NCBI GenBank assembly: GCA_963771175.1
Contig: CAVYSY010000032.1
Span: forward strand, 544,001-608,000
Length of the DNA stretch: 64,000 bases
Direction: 5' to 3'
DNA from: an uncultured delta proteobacterium
GTDB lineage: Bacteria; Myxococcota; Myxococcia; Myxococcales; Myxococcaceae
This document shows, in pieces, positions 36,197 to 46,724 of this stretch (the first letter of the stretch is position 1; each line of letters begins with the position of its first letter). The notes beneath the pieces were generated by a model. The model was not told the DNA's origin, did no database searches, and saw only the letters and a list, made by a program, of their open reading frames with translations. A program made the translations under genes and the position numbers.

Positions 36197-36337
36197 CTAC
36201 TGGCACTCGGGACGTGGATCGTAGAAGGGATCGCAGTTCGTCGGCGCGAACAGGTCCGGCACGAGGATGCGCTCGGACCGCACCCGCGGAGGACGGTAGG
36301 GCTTCTTGGGAGCTGGCTGCTGCGTTTCCGAGCGCAT
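36197..36337 (-). CDS. Putative RiPP-type precursor peptide MRSETQQPAPKKPYRPPRVRSERILVPDLFAPTNCDPFYDPRPECQ
   Basis: Read by hand; fills the gap between flanking genes (11 nt and 9 nt spacing), AGGA upstream, KKPYxPPxV leader motif. Confidence 0.8.
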   Translation of the reverse strand: MRSETQQPAPKKPYRPPRVRSERILVPDLFAPTNCDPFYDPRPECQ

Positions 36338-36348
36338 GGCGAGGTTTC

Positions 36349-39300
36349 CTAATACCAGATGACGATCTTCCCAGGGGTATCGAACGGGTCACCCGCCGCC
36401 ACGTCCGGCGCACCATCCCCGTTGAAGTCTCCCGTCACGACACCCACGCCCAGCGTTTTGATTCCCTTGAATCGAGACTGGTTGAAACCCTCTCCGGCCA
36501 CGGAATCGAACGGAGCCCCGGAGCCCCCCCGGTTGTAGAGGACCCAGGCCGAGGAGCCCGTAGTCGCGTTCTCGCCAGCGATGAGGTCCGGCAACCCATC
36601 CTGGTTGATGTCCGCCGAGGCCAGCGAATAGCCGAAGAAGCGCTTGCCCGTGATGCTGCTATCGGAGGCTCCCACGGTGATGGACTTCTCCGACTGGACG
36701 AACCCCGTCGCCCCACCATCCGGGAAGACGCGCAGGATGCTCGTCTCCGGTTGACTGACGACCAGGTCCTTCGCGGGTCCACCGGTGAAGTCCACGCGGC
36801 CCACCACGTCCACCCCGAAGCCGTTCTGGCCTCCGGAGCTGCTCGGGCCACGAGTGAGGGTCTGGAGTGCGTCCGCGACCGTCAACGTCCGCTCCGCCGG
36901 AGTGGCACCGGTGCGAGCCTCCAGGACGCTCCCGGGATAGATGTAGACGCGGTTGATCGTGTCGAGGGGCGCGGAGAGCGAGAGCTCCGGCTTGCCATCG
37001 CCGTCGAGGTCTCCGACGTTGGCCTGACCTCGCCGCCGGCCGAAGAGGATGGTCCCGCTCGCCGAGAGGGTCGCGTCTCCTTCGAAGATGCGATCCGCGT
37101 TGTCCACGGGCACGAAGGACACGCCGCTCTCATTGCCAGTGGCGGCTGCCACCCAGTCCGCCCGGGTGCGCCCGAAGAAGAGATAGACCATGCCCCGCCC
37201 AGCAACCGAGTTCTCCCGGTCGGCACTGAAGAGCACCTCGGACAGCCCATCCCCGTTGAGGTCCGGGAGAATGCGGGCCGCGAAGCCGAAGTTCGTCACG
37301 CTCACGCCAGCCCGGCCCCGGAACTCGATGGGAGTCGGATCCACCGGCAGGCCCGTACGGCCGAAGTAGAGGAAGGCCCGGCCTCGCGAGCCGGACCAGA
37401 GGGGCGCGCCCACCAGCAGGTCCGGTCGCCCCTCTCCGGAGGTGTCGCCCACGTTGCCCACCGCCACCTCGGCGCCGAAGCCCTGGGTGGCCGGCACGGA
37501 CGTGGGAGGCCACAACGTCAGGGGCGTATCGCTCGCGGACAAGGGGTCGGAGTAGACGTGGACGGCCCCCACGTTCGTAGAGCCCGCGTAGCTGGCCTTC
37601 GAGTCCCCCGTCACCAGCTCGTCCTTGCCATCCCCGTTCAGGTCACCGCTGGCCAGGACGAGACCGAAGAAGCCGGACGCGTTCGTGGGGTTGGTGAGAA
37701 CCTTGCTCGAGAGGTTGTCGATCGTCGGGCTGGAGATGGCACGGAAGGCCGAGACGTTGCCCACCTCGTCGCGCGCGCGGACCTCGATGAAGTACTTCGC
37801 CAGCGGAGGCAGGGTGAGCCGGTAGGCCGTGGTGTCCGCGGGCAGCAACGTCCCGGTCTCCTGCCGCACCTTGGGCCCGGAGTACGTGGCCTCGTCCGGG
37901 ATGCCCGTCTGCAGCAGCGTGTCGGTGGTCCAGCGCAGGTCGTATCCCACGGGAGTGCCCGTGCTGCCGTCGTCGCCGCTCGGCGTCCACGTCACGTCCA
38001 CCCAGGCCTTGCGCGCCCCACCGTCGGGAATCTTCGCGATGAAGTCCACCTGGGCCGGAGCCTGCACATCCACGGTGACGTTGATGGTGTACACCGTCTC
38101 GTTGAGGGCCGCGTCGCGCACCTTCAGCTCCAGCGGCCCGGCGGTGCCCTGCGGCAGGGTGAGGGGAATGGTCAGCGACTCGGGACTCATGGAGACCGGC
38201 AGCGACGCGAGCTCCGTGCCCCGATAGAAGACGCGCAGCCGACCCCCAATGGCCCCCGCCACCGTCGCGCCGGAACTCCGCATCCGCATCCCCGCCCACC
38301 GTGAGATCCTCCACGTAACCAGCGCCCGGCAGGTTCACGTTGGACTTGGACACATAGGTCAACGTCGTCAGTGCGGGAGAGACGGTGTCGAAGTTCGGCG
38401 GAGTGATGTCCACCGTGTAGTCGACGAAGTCGCTCGTCCGGTTCCCCGCCGAGTCGACCATCTCCACCGTCAGCCGGGACTGCTCGCCATCCGGCAGCGA
38501 CACGTCGAAGGAGAACTCGCCCGAGAGCGGATCCGCCATCGTGGAGCCCTGCGCGGTGCTGCCCTTGGAGAGCGACACCGTCCGGCCCGCGCAGCGCGTG
38601 GTGCGCCCACGCACCGTGGTCTGCAGGCCCGCCGCGCTCGCGTTCCCGTCATCCGCTCGGTTGAAGGTGACCGGGGTGCCCGCGGGCGAGGTGAGCGAGA
38701 CGTCGCAACCCACGAGCGTCACCGTCACCGCCGTCGAGAGCGCCGAGCCGACGTTGCCCGCGGCGTCCACGGCCTGCACCGACACGTCCTGCGTGCCGTC
38801 GGGCAGGTTCACGGTGCCCTGCGCCACCCCGCTCAACACCGGGAAGGAGCCCACCTGCTGCGGCGCGTCCGTCCCAAGCTGGGTGAAGACACGCACGTCG
38901 AGTCCCTCGCCGCCCACGACCTCCACCCGTACCGTCACCAGCGAGGAACTCAGGGTGGCGCCAGAGGCGGGGCTGACCAGCGTGAGACGCGGAGCGTCCA
39001 GGTCCACCTTCACCGGCCTGCCCACCGATGTGCCCTTGTTGCCCGACAGGTCCTGGGCCGAGAAGACGAGCATGTAGTCCCGCGTACCCGTGGCCGCCAC
39101 CGTGAAGTCGTGGGTCACCGCACGCCCCACGGGCGTCTTCGTCACCACCGTGCCCACGGGCTCCAGGCTCAAGGAGACGCCACCGGGGCCCACGTCGGCG
39201 CTCGTCAGCGCGCTGGCCCTGAGCTGGTAGTCCGGCGCCCCCGGGTCCGCATCGTCCGCCGGTCCGACCGTGAGCTTGCCCGGCGAGGTGGGGGTGATCT

Positions 39301-42212
39301 CGGGCACCACCCGGTCCAACCGGAAGGAGGTGAGCGCCACGGCGTTGACCGGATCCAATGGATTGGGCGGCACGGCGGCCACGGTCCGGTTCACGTTGCC
39401 CGCATCGTCCGTGAGGAAGACCACCAGCGAGTAGTCCGCCTCCTCGCTGGGTGGGAGCGCGGAGAGCGTCACCTCGGTGAGGTCTCCCGTGGACGTCGCC
39501 TGGCCGTAGAGGGTGTTCTTCGCCGCGTCGCGGACGTGGACCGGCCGGCCCGGGACCAGCCCGGTGGTGGACACGCGCAAGGACCGGGGCACCCGAGGGC
39601 CACTCCGTGGCATTCACCCTACGGTCCCCGTTGACGTCGCCCTTGAACTCGAGCGCGGTGACCTCCGGACGCCTGCCGTCCACCAGCAGCGACACGGGCG
39701 CGGACTCGTCGAGGTGGCCGCCATCGTCGAGCACCACCTTCAGCGAGTACTTCCCGTCCGGGTAGGAGAACAGGGCGGTGGAGTCCGGTACGCCGGAGGC
39801 CAGGGTGAACCAGCCGCTCCCGTCACGGCACGGAGTCGCCGCCGGAGTGAGCGCGATGCTGGTGCACACGTCCACCGTAGCCGACGGGGAGGCACCGTTG
39901 AGGCTGTAGGCCAGGGGATGCTGAATGCCGGGCGTGGTCGGGTCGCGATCCGACCCCAGGTTGTAGGTGGTGGAGGCGCCCGGTGAGGTGAGGGTGATGG
40001 CACCCGGCGAGGTGTCCACGGTGTACAGCGCGCTCGCGCAGGCCCCGGCACCGGCCCCGTTCACCAGCACCGCGCGCAGCACGTTCACGCCATCGGCGAG
40101 CTGCACGCCCGAGAAGGTCTTCCCGGTGTCGGCGTCCGTCACGGCGGAACTCGCCACCTGGGCGGTGTCGCGGAAGAGCTTCAGCTCACCCACGGCACCG
40201 GCGGAGAAGGCCAGCGTCATCGGCACGAGGAGGTTGCCATCCAGCGCCGTACCGTCGGCCGGCCCCAGCGTCCGGGAGGCATCCGGCGAGGCGAACGTCA
40301 GGGAAGAGACCGCGAAGGCCGAGCTGACGGGCACCTCCACCGAGGCCTCGTTGCCCGCGAGGTCCACCGCCCTCGCGGAGAACGAGCAGGAGCCGCTGGC
40401 GGGAACGGTGACGTCTCGCAGCGTGGCCCGGCCCAGGGCCTCCGCGCTCGCCGTGAGGGTGGCGGGCAGCCCGCAGCCCTGGACGAGCACCTGCGCGAAG
40501 GGCTCCGTCACCGCCTCGAGCACCACCTGGGTGCCGGGCAGCGGGGAGGTGTCGACGAAGGAGGGCTCGATGCGACCCTCGGGCGCGTCGCGCACGGTGA
40601 CGGCGAGCGTGGGAGGCGAGGTGTCACGGGACACAGTGACGGCCTGGCTGACAGCGCCCCCGGCACACGAGGCCACCAGCTTCCAGGCGCCGTCCCCCGA
40701 CAGGTTGAGCGAGACAGAGGCCGCGCCGCCCGAGGCCGTCCCCGGCACGTTCTCCGTGGCGCCAGGCCCCTGCGCGGAGAGGAGCACGGGCCCGTTGTTG
40801 TTGAGCGCCTCCACCCTCACCACCACCGGATTGCCACCGGCAGGCAACACCGAGCCCGGAGCGGGCTCGACGATGCGGCAGTCCGGACGGCCCGTCTGCA
40901 CCTGCGTCGTGGCGAGCCTGCACACCTGGGAGCCGGCCACGTTGCGCACGCAGGCCTTCACCGAGTTGGACCCCTCGGCGAGCGACAGGGGGAAGCGCGC
41001 CACCCGACCCACCCCACTCTCCTCCACCGTGCGCGCGCGTTGGGGCTGGCCGAGCCGGCCCGTCACCGTCGTCCACAGCTCCACCTCCGTGCCCACCGGC
41101 TGGTCGTCCAGCTTCACCACCGCCTCGGCCACTGCGGGCTGGCCCGCGGTGGAGGTGGTGACCTTGTCCGGCACCACCAGGACGGGCGCGGGCAGGGCAC
41201 TCGCCACCACCACCGCGAGGGGCTTCTCGGTGACGTTGCCACCGGAGTCCGTGATGCTGAGCAGGAAATCGTGACTGCCGTCCCCGGGGACGGTGACCTC
41301 CGAGAAGGTGGCCAGCCCCGCGCGCACCGTGGTCGTCAGGGCCGTGGCCCCCGAGCGCGACAGCGTCGCCGTGGCCCCGTCCTCGGCCGAGCGCACCACC
41401 GCCTCCACTTTGAAGGTGGGCGTGGTCACCGCGGACACGGGCGAGGCGAGGGCCAACCGAGGCCCCTCGGTGTCGAACGTCAGGCCGCGCGCCGGAGAGG
41501 TCACATCCCCTCCGGACCGCTTCACCACCGCCACGCACTGGGAGAGCTGGGCCTCGCGCACCGGCTCGGAGAGCGTCACCCGGGCGCTGGCCTTGCCATC
41601 ATCTCCCACCGTGAAGGGCACCGGCGCGATGCCGCACACGCCCGCGCACGAAATGAGGCCACTGGCCCGGCGCAGCCCCGTGGCCCGCAGCTCGAAGGCC
41701 ACCTGGTAGCCTGGCTGCAGTGGCTCCGCGTCATCCGCCTCGCGCAGCACCTGGCCCTCGACGGGGCTGACGATCTCCAGGCCCGGGGGCTCCACGCCCA
41801 CCGTCACGCTCTGGTTGTTCGTGGCCGTGCGCTTCGAGCCCTGCTCCTCCACCGACACCCGCAGCACGTTGGTGCGTCCCGGCAGCGTCACCCCGGGGAA
41901 GCGCACCCGCTGGCCCTCGAGCACCGCGGCCGGTCCCGCGCGCCAGTCCGACTCGCCCGCGAGCTGCACCTCCAGCTTCGCCGTGGACAGCGTCACCGCG
42001 CGCCCAGCCGAGTCCGCCGCCACCGCCACTACGTCGTATTGGAAGCCCTCGGCCGCCGGGTCCGCGTCATCCCCCAGGGCCAGCCGCTGGCCGTCCACCG
42101 GCTGTTCGAACGCCACCGTCAGCGAGGACTCCACCGGCGGCGTGCCACACGTACACCCCGCCATCCACAGCGCACACACCGCCAGAAGCCACTGCCATCG
42201 TGCTCGATGCAT
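36349..42212 (-). CDS. Giant surface lipoprotein (~1950 aa): Ig-like repeats, FN3 and seven FG-GAP repeats (frameshifts near 39580 and 38272)
   Basis: Signal LAVCALWMAGC; D(AS)AGN Big-type repeats; WTPSGDDG..G...YDLR FN3-like; GDLNGDG..ELV-type repeats; three ORFs join in series. Confidence 0.8.
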
Positions 42213-42280
42213 GACTGCCCCTCGTGCCTCTCGGGTCCCCCCAGGGGACCCCGCGTGCCGGCCTTCGACCATCCCGGACC

Positions 42281-42568
42281 TCACGACCCGAGCACCAGCA
42301 CCTTCTTGTCCACCAGGAGCCTCACGAAGGTGACCGTGTCCTCACGGCACACCGCGGGCTCCACCTCGAACTCCTCGCACAGCGCGGCCACGATGTCGCT
42401 CAAGGTGCGCCGCCCGTCGACCAACTCGAGGATGCGCTCGGCCACCTCGGACACCTCGCCGCCCTCGTCCTCGAACGTGTGCAGGGTGTCGTCGGGGCCC
42501 ACCGCCAGCATCCGGTCTCCCACTCGCTGCACGCCCACGTCCGGGTGGAAGCGCGGCACCGCATCCAT
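42281..42568 (-). CDS. PqqD family protein (RiPP recognition element)
   Basis: AERILELVDGRRTLSDIVAALCEEFEV....CREDTVTFVRLL; GAGGGG RBS. Confidence 0.9.
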   Translation of the reverse strand: MDAVPRFHPDVGVQRVGDRMLAVGPDDTLHTFEDEGGEVSEVAERILELVDGRRTLSDIVAALCEEFEVEPAVCREDTVTFVRLLVDKKVLVLGS

Positions 42569-42767
42569 CCCCTCACCCATGTGCGTCTGTCCCACAGGCC
42601 CTCCTGGCCCGCCAGTCCTGTGCGAAGTGGGTGCGATGCTACCCGGTCCCCATCCCCCAGGCCAGGAACGTGGCCTGCTCGCCAGCCCTGTTGTCGACTA
42701 GTCGAGACCCGCTATGACGGAGACACGTGCCACCCTTCGGGTGGCCGGAGGGAACCTGGAAGAATCC

Positions 42768-43301
42768 ATGAACACGGTGCCAGAAGGCGAGATGGCCCCC
42801 CAGCGGGGCTGGTGGAGTCGCAATTGGAAGTGGGTGGTGCCCACGGGCTGCCTGGGGCTGCTGCTGTCCTGCGGCTGCCTGGGTGCCGTCTTCATCGGCG
42901 CCATCACCCAGTCCCTCCGGGGCTCGGGCGCCGTCGTCGAAGCGGTGGCCCTGGCGAAGCAGTCCCCCGAGGTGCGGCAGGCGCTCGGCGAGCCCATCGA
43001 GGCGGGCCTGATGGTCCAGGGCAGCATCCAATCCAGCGGGGGCCAGGGCTCGGCCGACGTCACCATCCCGCTCGATGGACCCAAGGCGGATGGCACCCTG
43101 CGCGTGGAGGCCTACAAGGACGGGGAGACGTGGAAGTTCACCACCCTCCAGGTGGAGGTGCCCGGACAGCCCCCCATTGACCTGCTCGGAGCCAGGCCCG
43201 CGCCGCCCGCCAACACCGTCCCCTTCCCCGACACGAGCCCAGAGGAAGAGCCCCTGCCCGAGGAGCAGGAGCCCGACCACGAGGAGGACATCGAACTCTA
43301 G
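42768..43301 (+). CDS. Coa1-family (cytochrome oxidase assembly factor 1-like) membrane protein
   Basis: WWSRNWKWVVP, TM, SPEVRQALGEPI, IPLDGPK..GTL. Confidence 0.75.
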   Translation: MNTVPEGEMAPQRGWWSRNWKWVVPTGCLGLLLSCGCLGAVFIGAITQSLRGSGAVVEAVALAKQSPEVRQALGEPIEAGLMVQGSIQSSGGQGSADVTIPLDGPKADGTLRVEAYKDGETWKFTTLQVEVPGQPPIDLLGARPAPPANTVPFPDTSPEEEPLPEEQEPDHEEDIEL

Positions 43302-43406
43302 ACGCGGGAGACCCCGCAACGCCGAAGGGGCGGCGCGAGGAGAAGTCCCCGCCACCGCCCCTCCTGGAGTCAGGGCCCGGAAGACCGGGCCCCTCTTCAC
43401 GAGCGA

Positions 43407-44375
43407 CTAGCCCTTGGCCTTGTGGATGGCCTCGCGCAGCGCGGGCAGCACCTTGAAGAGGTCCTCCACCAGCCCGTAGTCCGCCACCTGGAAGATGGGG
43501 GCCTCGGGGTCCTTGTTGATGGCGACGATCGTCTTCGAGCTCTTCATGCCCGCGAGGTGCTGGATGGCCCCGCTGATGCCCGCGGCGATGTAGAGCTGCG
43601 GCGCCACGACCTTGCCCGTCTGGCCCACCTGCAAGTCGTTGGGCACCCAGCCGGCGTCGCACACCGCGCGCGAGGCGCCCACCGCGGCGCCCAGCTCGTC
43701 GGCCAGCGCTTCAATCTCCTTGAAGTCGCCCTTGGTGCCACGACCGCCGGAGACCACCACGCGCGCCTCGGTCAGCTCGGGCCGCGCGCTCTTGACCTCC
43801 TTGAAGTCGACGAACTTCGTCTTGCCCGTCTCCACCTTGGGCGAGAAGGCCTTCACCTCGGCGGCGCCCTGACCGCCCTGGGCGGCGGGGAACTCGGTGG
43901 CGCGGATGCTGATGACCTTCACCGGCGTGGTGAGCTTCACCTCGGCGAAGACGTTGCCCGCCCACATGGGCCGGTGGAAGGTGATGTCCGCGCCGCTCCC
44001 GCCAAAGCCCATGATGTCCGTGGCCATGGCGGCCTGCAGGCGAGCGGCCACGCGGGGCATCAGATCCTTGCCCTGGGCGGTGGACGCCATGCCCACGTAG
44101 TCGGCACCGATGGACTTCGCCAGCTCGGCGATGGCCGGGGCGTACGTCTCGGCCAGGTAGTGCTCGAACTCGGGCGCCGTGGCGGTGTGGACCGCCTTGG
44201 CCCCCAGGCCCTTGAGCTCCTCGGTGACCTTGGAAGGATCCTTGGAGAGCAGCACCAGGTGCAGCTCCGCGCCCGCCTTCTCGGCGAGCTGCTTGCCCGC
44301 GCCAATGGCGTTGAGGGTGGCCTTGCGCAGGTTCCCGTCCGGCTGCTGCTCCGCAACGATGAGAACGATCGGCAT
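43407..44375 (-). CDS. etfA: Electron transfer flavoprotein alpha subunit
   Basis: [40 protein letters not shown]. Confidence 0.96.
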   Translation of the reverse strand: MPIVLIVAEQQPDGNLRKATLNAIGAGKQLAEKAGAELHLVLLSKDPSKVTEELKGLGAKAVHTATAPEFEHYLAETYAPAIAELAKSIGADYVGMASTAQGKDLMPRVAARLQAAMATDIMGFGGSGADITFHRPMWAGNVFAEVKLTTPVKVISIRATEFPAAQGGQGAAEVKAFSPKVETGKTKFVDFKEVKSARPELTEARVVVSGGRGTKGDFKEIEALADELGAAVGASRAVCDAGWVPNDLQVGQTGKVVAPQLYIAAGISGAIQHLAGMKSSKTIVAINKDPEAPIFQVADYGLVEDLFKVLPALREAIHKAKG

Positions 44376-44410
44376 GTTCGGCTCCAATCTCGAAGTAGTA
44401 GGGGTCCCGG

Positions 44411-45209
44411 TCAGACGACCTTCGCCTCGTTGCGCAGCTTGTCCACCAGCGTCGCCACGTCCGGCACCTTGATGCCGGCCTTGCGCGGAGGCGGCGCCGC
44501 CATCTTCAGCACCTGCACCTTCGGGGTGACGTCCACGCCCAGCTTCTGCGGCGTCAGCTCCTCGATGGGCTTGCTCTTGGCCTTCATGATGCCGGGGAGG
44601 CTGGCGTAGCGCGGCAGGTTCAGGCGCAGGTCCGTGGTGACCACCGCCGGCAGCGCGCACTCGACCGTGGCCAGGCCGTTGTCCACCTCGCGCACCACGC
44701 GCACGCTCTTGCCGTCCGCGCCCACCTGCAGCGCCGGCACCTTGTTCTTCTCCTGCTCGCTCTCCAGCGACTCCACCTTGGAGGCGAAGGTGGCCTGACC
44801 CCAGCCCAGGTACTCGGCGAGGTACTGGCCCACCTGGTTCTGGTCATCGTCGATGGACTGCTTGCCCAGGACGACCAGGTCCGGCTTCTCCTTCTCCACC
44901 ACCTTCTGCAGCAGGCGCCGCCACGCCCATCTGATCCAGCGGGCCCGTGTGGTTCACCCACACCGCGCGCGCGGCGCCCATGGCCAGCGCGTGCCGCAGC
45001 TGCTCCTGCACTTCCTTGCCGCCGATGGAGACGACCACCACCTCGCCGCCATGCTTGGCAACGAGACGAAGTCCTTCCTCCACACCAATCTCATCGAAGG
45101 GGTTGATCTTGTACTTGAGCCCCTCCTGAACGATGCCCGAGCCGTCCGGCTTCACCTTGATTTTGGACTCGGGGTCTTCCACGCGCTTGGCGGTGACGAG
45201 GATCTTCAC
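44411..45209 (-). CDS. etfB: Electron transfer flavoprotein beta subunit (frameshift near 44920)
   Basis: INPFDEIGVEE, ALAMGA, GKQSIDDD, PRYASLPGIMKAK. Confidence 0.93.
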
Positions 45210-45360
45210 GGTCGTCCTTCTCCTTCGAGCGGGTACTCCCAGAAATGGCGTGACGGGCGCGAACTCATGACGCAACGCGCCGCGTCGCGGGGCGTTGATT
45301 TACGCATCAACGCCCCGCTCCGGCAACCGGGAAGAGCAAGGAGCGGACAGTTTTTCTTGG

Positions 45361-46499
45361 CTACTTGAACAGCTCGCGCGCGATCACGAGGCGCTGCACC
45401 TGGCTGGTGCCCTCGTAGATCTGGATGAGCTTGGCGTCGCGCATGAGCTTCTCCACCGGGTATTCCTTGATGTAGCCGTAGCCGCCGTAGATCTGCACGG
45501 CGTCGGTGGCGACCTTCATGGCCATGTCGGCGGAGAAGCACTTGGCGTAGGAGGACTGCAGGCGTGGCCCGCTGGCCCTCGTCCAGCAGCCAGGCGCTCT
45601 GGTGGCACAGCAGGCGCGCGGCCTGGATGTTCATGGCCATGTCGGCGAGCATGAACTGGATGGCCTGGTGCTCGCGGATGGGCTTGCCGAACGTCTTGCG
45701 CTGGGCGGAGTACTCCAGGGAATACTCGAGCGCGGCGCGGGCGATGCCCACCGAGAGGATGGCGGTGATGGGACGGCTGTTGTCCAGCGTCTCCATGGCG
45801 ATGCGCCAGCCCTCGCCCTCCTCGCCGATGCGGTTGGCCACCGGGACGCGCACGTCCTCGAAGGTGAGCGCCACGGTGTCGCTGGCCCGCTGGCCCATCT
45901 TGTTCTCGTGCTTGCCCACGGTGAGGCCCTTGGGACGGCCCTCGACCACGAAGCACGTAATCCCCTTGTGCTTCCTGGCCTTGGTCCACGGTGGCGAACA
46001 CCGTGTACTGGTCCGCGTGGCCACCGTTGGTGATGAAGCACTTGGAGCCGTTGAGGACGTAGTGGTCGCCGTCGCGCACCGCGGTGGTGCTCATGCCGGC
46101 CACGTCCGAGCCCGCCTCCGGCTCGGTGAGGCAGAAGGAGGCGAGCTTGAACTTCTCGGAGAAGGGCGTGAGCAGCCGCTTCTTCTGCTCCTCGGTGGCG
46201 CCCACGATGATGGGCAGGTTCGCGAGGTCATTGGCCGTGATGGAGGTGGCCATGCCCGCGCAGCCCCAGGCCAGCTCCTCGTAGGCCAGGAGCTGGTCCA
46301 GGTGCGACATGCCCAGGCCGCCACACGACTCCGGGAGGGCCATGTTCAACAGGCCGTTCTCCCAGGCCGAGGCGATGATCTCCCGGGGGAACTCGGCGGT
46401 CTCGTCATGATGGGCCGCCTTGGGACGAATGACCTCCCGGGCGAACTTGCGCGCCATGTCCTGCAGGGCACGCTGGGATTCGGAGAGCTGGAAATCCAT
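45361..46499 (-). CDS. Acyl-CoA dehydrogenase (frameshifts near 45985 and 45565)
   Basis: [44 protein letters not shown]. Confidence 0.93.
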
Positions 46500-46724
46500 G
46501 GAACCACCCTTTGAATCGAGGAAGACGGGCACAATGTCTCGATGACTGGGTGGGCGTTGTCAACTCCGGGACCTCCACCGGTTGCTCGGACGCCGGACTG
46601 TAAAGTTGAAGGTAATTTGAATGTAATGGATCTCACTGCCATGCCGTGCCATCTACCCACGGTTTGAGAACCATTGAGGCGCCGGAATACCGCCGGCCCT
46701 CAGTATTCGAGGGGGAGTTCCTAC

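Noticed and set aside
34513..38304. Very long plus-strand ORFs (1263 aa here; also 55893-59201 and 26451-28823)
   Set aside because: Antisense shadows of real genes in high-GC DNA, with low-complexity Arg/Pro/Gly/His-rich translations.
34498..42568. Canonical lasso peptide or PQQ cluster
   Set aside because: No asparagine-synthetase-like cyclase, no transglutaminase-like B2 protease and no pqqB/C/E; the core lacks the usual T-x-G lasso pattern.
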